Assembly (NCBI GenBank): GCA_000708835.1
Contig: DF237525.1
Coordinates: 1-57,179 of the forward strand
Direction: 5' to 3'
From: Klebsormidium nitens
Lineage: Eukaryota > Plantae > Klebsormidiophyceae
DNA: 57,179 nucleotides
The notes beneath the pieces were generated by a model. It was given only the letters and a program-made list of their open reading frames with translations. It had not been told where the DNA came from and did not search any database. Shown here piece by piece: positions 37,101 through 45,900 of the stretch (its first letter is position 1; every line of letters begins with the position of its first letter). The translations under genes were made by a program, and so were the position numbers.

Positions 37101-38440
37101 TCAAGGCTCCAGTGAGAGAGTCGCCCGTGTAGGTGCATCCGCCCAGACTCCCCATTCGAGTTGATTGTTTGGAAGTTTTGATTTGGATCATAACGGGATT
37201 CAAATGCCGTACAAAATTCGGAAGGTTTGATTGGATCATAACGGATTGAAATGCCACACAGTTTACCGCACTTGGCAGCTCTGGCCCGCTGAGTTCCACT
37301 AACTTCCAAATGCTGTTTTACAGAGAAGACCTTCAAGTTTTGTCCTATTCACAAACTGAAACTATTCACACCGTGCAGGTTCCGGCTGCCGAGCCCCGGT
37401 GTTTACCAGGTGTACTCCTACTTCGCCGAGGTCTCCGGGGACGACCCGATCATCAACGTGAACCGGCCCGCGCTGCGAATCTTCTACATCCATTTCAACG
37501 GCAACAACGCGGACGCGATCGGCCCGATCGATCCCTTCGTCCTGGGGGGTGACCGGAAGTTTTATGCTGCGCCGGCGATTGGACGGGTGAGTTTTCTCAA
37601 GACTCTCGCTGCTTCCGAAGAGGCCTTCTTGTGCGCCGGCACTCGACATTGGGATTCCGTTCGAACTCTTGATCGAATGAGCGCTTGGGAGAGAGAATGT
37701 CAAAAACGCTCTCAAGGATTGGGGATGTGAGGCGAATCTGTGTGGGTTTTTGTCGTAGAGTTGGGGTGTGAGTTTGGGATTTGGAAAGGATCGGAGTCGA
37801 CGATTGGGGTATCGGAGCGGAGATCGAGGACCCCTTTTCCTGAGAAAACGATGATGATGTGTTGCTCTCTTTGTTGCTTGCTTCCCGGACTTGCCTTCTC
37901 CTGCCACTTTAGCGCTCCGTAACTTTGCACTCCACGTTGCGTTCTTTCAATCCGAAAAGTGAATCCTTAACCCAAGAAGCGAAAAGGACGGATTCCTACC
38001 GCATAAATCAGTATGCTTTGAACAATTCTTGAACGGCACTCGGTCCAAACACACGAGTCAGCAGTTTGGGTGTTCCGAGAGCACATTAAGATGACGGCGA
38101 AAGTCTGCCACAGATTGTCACCCAACCAGTCGGGAAGATTGCCACTCATAAAACGTTACTCTGAAGCGTGCACGTTTCTTTACAGGGCGTGCAATGCAGC
38201 TCCAACGAGCTCAGTATTCAGTACGAGGCGGTCGCGGCCGGTCGGGATGCGCCGGCCATCAAGGGTATCTGGGTTTACGGCCCCGTGGACGCCAACTTTA
38301 ACGCCATGGCACCCTTGGGTGCGCAATCTCCTGCTAGCCCGGCCAGTGGTGTCAATGCACCCCCTCCCCCCGTCGGTGTGCCCCCGAGTGCCGCTTCGTC
38401 CGGTGCCCCAACGCCCGCGCCGACACCGAGCGGCTCTTAA
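28103..38440 (+). CDS. Gene C: secreted protein with 4 malectin-like domains, Pro-rich linker and Cys-rich module (about 928 aa, 12 exons); closest paralog of gene B
   Basis: Exons 28103-28548, 30116-30319, 30767-30966, 31719-31924, 32865-33186, 33665-33832, 34377-34483, 34868-35245, 35571-35749, 36371-36484, 37379-37586, 38186-38440. Total 2787 nt. Exon lengths 204, 168, 107, 179, 114 and 208 are identical to the gene B exons. Signal peptide MGGSQLVVCVVFSALLLLGTAQS. Confidence 0.9.
32185..32236. repeat. Perfect 16-bp inverted repeat with a 20-nt loop, gene C intron 4
   Basis: ACTTAACCATAGGCCC (32185-32200) and GGGCCTATGGTTAAGT (32221-32236). Confidence 0.85.
32344..32820 (+). repeat. Four decayed tandem copies of the acceptor plus 5' end of gene C exon 5
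   Basis: Copies begin at 32347, ~32462, 32580 and 32751 and encode variants of GVQAFPTIDIIGNSTYALSPA. The real exon starts at 32865. Confidence 0.88.
35273..35392 (+). repeat. Direct duplication (67-bp period) in gene C intron 8
   Basis: GGGTCCGCTTACGGAAAT(T/G)CTGGTCAAATCCTTTGGAAACATCTTTCTGGGTG at 35273 and 35340. Confidence 0.9.
36193..36370 (+). repeat. 44-bp tandem repeat x4 ending exactly at the acceptor of gene C exon 10
   Basis: GACCCAAAACGTAAACACTAA... units at 36193, 36237, 36281 and 36325. The last copy ends in GCGCAG (the acceptor). Confidence 0.92.
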
Positions 38441-39907
38441 TTATTTATAGCGAGTCTTGTGCGTGAGAGTTGTGTCAGAGAGTCTGGGCGCGCAGGTTAG
38501 AGAGGTTAAAAACGCTTCCCCGAGTGTGTGTGGGCTAGTGAGGATCTTGCTTACGCCTTTTTGCATATTTTGGATACAGTGAGTGAGGCTAGTCGCATCT
38601 ACTAGGGATGATTCCAGTGACATTGTTAGACGTAACTCAGGAGGCAATGCGAGATTTACGATGAGTAGGTTCGAAGCACATAAGGGAGTGAGAAGTCAAC
38701 TTGTTGTGTACGGCTTCATAGAGGTAGGCTTATAAGTTATTCTTTACAATCAAATAAGGTCCGGCTTTCTCTCTCGCGACAGTGAGTGCAACTTCCGTTG
38801 CAACATTTCCAGTCAGGAGCTGCGGCTTATTGTTAGCTGGATTTCGGTTCAGTCTTGCACTTATGTGCTAGCTATAGTCTCAAACGTTGGCCGGAAAGCC
38901 GAAAAATCCGAGTATACAACTACGAGGTCGGAGGAGGATCATTACCGCCCTTTGGGTGGTATCCTCCAAGCAATAATGGAATTGAGGGACCGCCGTGGTG
39001 TACCGAGCCGGGCCTCAAAATTAAGCCTGGCGTATATACGTACATACAAGCCATATGTTTGCCCGCGGCGGCTGCAGGCTGGTGACCTCCGCGACCATGC
39101 ATGCATATGAGCCGGAGATAAACCTACTGATTCGTCTTTCCTTGCTCCAACAAGCGATCCACATTGAATGCATAAATCTAGCTAGAATCATAACATTTGA
39201 TGTGTACCGTCTCAACACGCCATTCAATGTATACTGTAGTAAAACGGAATGGCACACTAACTTGCAACTATTCTCATAAGCACATGCATATGCATCCAGG
39301 CCACCCCGAGATCGCACTGCAGGACGTACCGCGTCATGCCCGGGTTGTTGGCATGTATTTAATTTGGCCTCTGGCAACTGTCACCATCGCTAGCTCAGTG
39401 GCATCCGGTATACTGACTTCCATAGCCTGCTTTATTTGGTGGTCAATTAAGCCTACATAATTGCAGAAGCCCCGTGAAGTGGCGGCCGTCGAGTACCGAA
39501 GGGACCTCAAAATATGTGCTTGATTGGAGCGGCACCCCAGTGTTTAGAACCTTTATATTGATGTCGACCTTCACAATTGTCAGTGCTTCGTATCCTAGCT
39601 AAAGATACGCTAAGAAGAGGCTTATGTTACTTTACATATGTACAATACAAAAGGTGTTGCAAAGGCGACGTTGATATCGGGAGATAGCTAGGCATTTGTA
39701 GGCAACATAGAGAGTCTGCACCTAGCCTGTCCAGACAATGTGCATAAAGCTTCCTCTGATAGACCGCTCGTTCTGCGTCAATGAGACTGTTACCATTATC
39801 CAAAGTGCATCAAATTGATTGCAACCACGCTGATAGGTACCATGCCCCTAATAAGTCCGACTTCTAGAAGGGATATGTCTTTCTAATATGAAGTCGCACT
39901 AAGGAAG

Positions 39908-42900
39908 TTATCTTGCCCCTCCGATGCTGACGTCACTTCCTGCGGCTCCCAGAGGATGGCTATTGCTTTGGCGCCCAAACTCTTCGCGTCTCACCATCAG
40001 CTTGATGATCGACCCCCCCGTCGACCTCACAATGTCGATGCACTCGGCGAGATCCTGCGGATAGAGTTGCAAGATACAAATATTATCGACCCAGCCTTTG
40101 CTTGTTCCACGGCACATGAATCTCTCGCAAACTCCAGGTTCGATCAGACCTTTCTCCACAGATGCGATCGTGAGAACACCGGAATCTGGACCGCACTCGG
40201 GAGAATACACCTTTCGGCTCATATCGCTGCAAACGTTGCAGTAGTTGGGCTTGCCGTGCGCTTAACGGTGGAAGTTTGGGAGTGTGCTCGGGCGATGGGT
40301 CAAGTCCTTTAGTACCCTTACAGGCTGTGTCACTTGACGATGTGATTCACATTATGCAGAACACTGACAACTTATGAAGCATCTGCTCAACACACTGCTC
40401 AAATCCGTGCAACCCAAAACACTTTCGGACACCTCGTACGTTTGCGCTGCACTCATAGCATTGACTCTCAAAGCCAAGAGGAATCTGGAGTCCCATTTGG
40501 GGCTCAGTCGAGCACCATTTGTTTGGCCCTTCTGTCAGGCTTTTATAGTTCGACATCTGCCAAACAAAAACGAGCGTACGAGGAAGTTGCTTTGTATAAT
40601 TCAGGAAAGAATCTATAGAGCTGACCAGGGACTTGAAAAACTTCAAAGCTTCGACAGTATTTATGCCTTCCGGCAGACAAGAGGAATCACAAAACATCGG
40701 TCTCTAAAATGGTCATAAGGAGCTCGAGTTACTGGGGCGGGTGGATCTGGTACGGGTTTGAGTCCAAGCTCTTTAGTAGTACCTTCGTTCCTATTGCAAG
40801 TTGAGCAGAGATTTATGCGAAACACCCGTGATGCGTCTTGCATTGCCCTTGGAGCACGAGAAAACAAGAGGAAACCCCGCAACAAAAGCTTTACCTGGTC
40901 GGTGGAGAGAAGCATCCACTCTTGTTCATCGTCCAGATACTTGAGCTTGACCGATGTAGGCTCCACATTCAGCCGCTTCGCCACTTCCGCAACGACGTCC
41001 GCCCAACCCATATCGGGGTTTAACTTGAACCGGGCAGTGTCCTGCAGCAAAGTGGCCGGATGTGGTTAAGTCCGAGTTAATGAGAGCGTCTTTTAACCAT
41101 CTTTGGAACCACGTCCGACAACCATTTCGGGGTTTAACTTGAACCGGGCAGTGTGCTGCAGCGAAACGGCCGGATGTGGTTAAGTCCGGGTTCATAGAGC
41201 GTATTTTAACCATCTTTGGAACCGCGTCCGACAACCATTTCGGGGTTTAACTTGAACCGGGCAATGTCCTGTAGCGAAGAAACAGAAGGTGGTCAAGTCC
41301 GGGTTAATAGGGCTTGACCGGCTCAGCCATGACGTCCGTCCAAATCGCTTGGAATCTACTTCGCATCGCGCGGTGTCCTGCAGCAAAGTGCCAAAAGCCA
41401 GTTATCACCGGGTTACAAAAGCCTCGCTTTTCACTTCAGCAACGACGTCGTCCGCCCAACCCATTTCGGGGTTCGACTTGAACCGGGCAGTGTCCTGTAG
41501 TGAAACGGCCGGATGTGGTTAAGTCCGGGGTACTGAGAGCGTCTTTTGGCCCATCTTTGAACGACGTCTGCGCACTCCAATCTGAGGAAAGCGCCAAAGC
41601 TGGTTCATTTCGGTTTTACGAGAGCGTCAACTTTCTTTCTTTCCGCTTTCACAGTGAAGAATGACGTCTGAACCGTTTGAGAGTTTTGACTTGAAACGCC
41701 CAGTGTCCCGCAGCAACAAATGTCCCTCGACACCCTTCCGGACTAGATGGGAACTTTTGCGAAGGGCAACAAAGTGTGAACTCGGTGTTAGACCTGCATA
41801 GTTGCTCAGGGTGCTGCCATACTGCTCTTTGCTGCATAAACCCTCGAGGTTAGCGGGGGGGGTGGACAAGGGCTTTTACTGAGGTACACGACAACCCAAT
41901 AGGGAAGTACAAGACCTCCTAGACACAAACATTCAAAAATAGCAAGTGAATGCAACGGTAATCACGCCCTACTCGAAAGTGCAAAACGTCTGCTAACCCA
42001 CCTGTCCCAGAGTCGCCTTAACCGTAAGCCCCGTCTCCATTTCCTTCCTCTTGCCGCTCTGCTGACTTCCCGACACCCCTCCCCGTTCCACCGCCTGGCT
42101 CCCAGACCCCCCCTTGCTCGCCTGCGGTTTGCTCCCCCCCCCGCCGGACTCCTTCCCACTCCCCCCCCCTTGGGGGGATCCCTTCCCGATCTGGCTCGCA
42201 TATAGGTGCACGTTTTCGCTGCTGATCTTATGGACGCGCTTCGCCCCGCTGTGAACCGTCGCCTCCTCCTGAACCCGGGGGTTCTCCTTCAGCTGTTTCA
42301 GCCCCCCCTCGTGGAACTGCACGCCGCCCCCCCCGCAGCGCAGCCAGAGCCGCCCCCCGCCCGTCGCACTCGGTCCTCCACGACTGGGGCCCGACTCGGC
42401 GCGTACGGCCCGACGAACCCCCCCGGGAAAGGCGCGGGGATCCACCCCCCCACTTGCTGCATGTACATGTCCCCTCCCTGGTGCTGGAAAATGCCCATTT
42501 GCGGCGGCGGCGGCTGCCATTCCCGGCGCATCCCCGCTGATTCCAGGTTGCTCATGGAGTGGTATTGGGGTTGGGAGACGAGGGACGGCCCGGGGCCCCA
42601 TCGGTGCATTGGTTGGAAATGTTGCTGGGGTGCGAAAGTCGTGACCATAGTCTCAACGGGGCCCGAGGGGGGACTTCCGGGGGCGGGGCCACGTGGTTCG
42701 AACGGCTGCAGAAGACGAGGAAAGATTCTGTTTCAGCTTCCGAAACAATGGGATTCAGCCTCCAAATTATTTCATGAAAAAAGTTTCCGGACTGCTCTTC
42801 TGTTGGCAATAGGGTCTCTGTGGTCAGCACTTGGAAAGGACGCAAAGAGGTCTCATGTTGGATAAGAATAGGAGCCTGCAGTCGAACCTGGAGAAAACAA

Positions 42901-45900
42901 GACGGTTGGACGATAGACCCTGATTTGGAATGACTTTTAACAAATCCTACTCTGTTTGGTGTGGAATAGCCTAGGTTGGAGCCGCGAACCAGATTCAGAA
43001 CATTTGCAAGGCCTCACTTGATAGCTGCTTCCGCCCTGCCCTAATTGCCCTGATGACTTTTCCAAGAGAACAACAACAAAATAGAGGCGATTACGAGCAA
43101 CGGATCCAAGTGGCAACCGAAGAACTTACAAATGAATTTTGCTGACGTCAGCAAGGGACAGACTCTACAGGAATGACGTCACGTTGACCGCATCGGCCTT
43201 GCCTGGCTGCACTGGCGAAGGTCCTCATAGAAAGACATCAAAGACAGCGAACCCTGAACCCATTGCAAAGTAAAAAAAACCCACAACTAAGCATCGCTGA
43301 CGTCAGCAAAGACGAAAGGTGGATTGTTCGAGAGTCTTCACCTTCGGCGCTTTGCCTCGGCGTTCCCAGTGCACGTTTCCAAAGCAACCGAGGCAAACGG
43401 GTCCAACTGCGACGTACAATCTCACAAATTGCATTGCTGACGTCAGCGAAGGGTATATCTCGGAGGCCTTACCTTGGGCGCTTCAGCCTTGCCCTGACTG
43501 CCCCGATGCACGCTTCCCTCGTCCCCGGCCGCATGCCCCGGCACATGCAACGCAGGGGTCCCCGCAAACGAGCTGCTGCGTTTCAAGAGGCCCGACTCGG
43601 ACTCGAGGTGGCGCTTGGATCCGACGACGCCGCTGCCGCTGCCTGGGAGATGGGAGAGAGAAGAAAACGTTGAGTTAGACTGAGAGAAAAAGGAAGTCAA
43701 GAAAGGGATCGAGCTGCTGCAATCCATTAGGCCCGGCTTGGACTCGAGGAACCTCTTGGTATCAGAAGTGGTTCAAGAAGAGGTCAGGAAAAGAAAGAGC
43801 TCTAGAAGCCCGGTTTGGCTCGAGGTGCCCCTGAACGCCACAACGTCGGTGCCGCTGTGTGAAATGAGGTAAGCAGCTTCTGGACTAGACTAATAATGGA
43901 AATGGTAGGGGTAACTTCAGAATGTTAGTCCCCACTGACGATTGGAAAGGCGAAACAGAAGGATCGCAGTTGGCTGGGCGGAGGTTGGTGGTTAAGAACA
44001 CGCCAAGATAACGCTTTGCTTTTGTTGCATGTACCGCCCATGTCTTACACTCCACCTCAAAGCCGGCAGAGAAGGCGTCACGAAGTTGTCTACATCTGAG
44101 GGACAATATCGTGCATTTCCTGGTCATGTCTGCTGACCCGACGGGAATGTCGCCCAGCTACCGCCAATGAAACCTGAGAGCGCTGGAGTGCGAAGCTAGA
44201 AATACTGCCCTAGTCCAGCCAGTCCTTTACGGTGCGGAAATAAATGGGAAATCAAGAAGAGCCGGATAGACAAGGAAAGCACTCTTCACATGTTGGATCG
44301 CCCCGGAGGGGCGCCAGGGCTTGCCTCTAAAGGGGGTTTCCGGGCGGTGAATTTGTAACATTTTTAGCGGCGATGTTCTCGGAAATTCTGCGGTATACTG
44401 GAAGACACGTGCCATCGGCTATGGGGTTCCGCGTTGATTGATTGATTGAAACATGACACTGCGCTACTTATCGAGGTACGTTACCGGGCACTGTCGCAAA
44501 GCTGATACGAGCGACGTGACAGTATTGCAACCGTCCAAGACTGACAGCGTTTCATCGTTACGGAACTAATCGTGCGGCCGGCGCGGCAGGCTTCGACGCA
44601 ATACATCTCATCTGCGCCGCTCTGCGGGCCAGCCCAAACGCAAAACCCATCGTGGTATGAGTGTTTTTGGGTGGCTACTGTACGTTTTATCGTCGAACGC
44701 CAGCAAACAAAGAGAAATTTCACCGACTGGTCACTTGCGTAGCCGCTCACCACGTCGTACAGTTCGGAAAATACAGCAAAACAACTTGCCTTTTTACTGC
44801 GTAGAAAAAGAGGCAAGCCAAAATAGAGTGGCCATAGCCATGCGATTGTCAGTCCAGACTTCGGGCCATCAATCAGCCATCAGCAATCATTCAGCAGAAC
44901 CACCTGTCACATCTGCCTCCGACAACCGACAGCTTACAGTATTTTCCGTGTTGCAGCAACTTCGAAGCTGCACTAACAAACCCACTGCCACGCTCAAGGG
45001 AAGGCAAATTTGCAGACGGAGAAGAAAACGCAAATATCCAAGCTTTGAGACTGGAGAATTTTCAAACAAGGAAAGAAACGAGATGTCAACGTACCTCCCG
45101 TCGACCCGAAACTGTTCTGTCTTGGCAAATGGTTCTGCCCCAATCCGCTGTGCACGGGGGGAGGCGGCCCCCATCCCGTCGAGCGGGGGGGTCCCATTCC
45201 CCCACTCATAGGCCCCGGCCCCAACCCCCCATTTGCAGAACTCTGCATCATGCTCGGAATCGCTCCGGGCACCTGCGCCAACGCTGCCAAATCTGCCCCC
45301 CCGAACGCGTGGAAATTGTACGGCCCCTGTACGGAATCGATCACCCCCTGGAGCTTCCGAATGCTGCGCGAGACTTTGTTGATTTTGCGACTGGGCCAGC
45401 GGCTAATCCCGTGCTGCCGGCAGATCCGCTTCAGCGTCGTCGGGCACACGCCGATCGCCTTCGCCGCGTCTTTCAAACTCCCCGCGAAGTATTGTTGGAG
45501 CGTCGCCAGACTGATGTTCCGGTCCGAAACCGACTGCACGCGCCGCCGTTCCTCCCCCAGGGGGGGACGCCGGCCCCGGCAGGATCAGCCGCGGCCGTGT
45601 CGGGGGGGGGGGCGTTTTGCTGCTGCGACGGCCCCCCCGGTTTCTGCTTCTCCCGGAACGCCTGCATACGCTGCAGGATCGGCACGTCGCTCCCGCTCCC
45701 CGACCCATCTCGTATGGACCCGTCCCTCACGGACCCATCTCGTATGGACCCTTCCAACGACCCGTCTCTGACGGAACCCTCACGTAACAAGCCCCCCCGC
45801 AGCGATCCTTCCCTCGGCAAGCCCCCCCTCACGGAGCCCTCTCTCGCCCCCCCCTCGCTCCCGTGCATACTAACCCCCCGTTGCGACCCCCCTGGCCGCG

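Noticed and set aside
37700-37830. G-tract-rich intron segment (possible G-quadruplex)
   Set aside because: Loops are long and irregular, and G-tracts near donors occur in many introns of this window.
42706-42888. Third NLP frameshift or extra coding sequence ([10 protein letters not shown]...)
   Set aside because: A strong phase-0 acceptor at 42706-42708 restores the frame without it. A small optional exon cannot be excluded.
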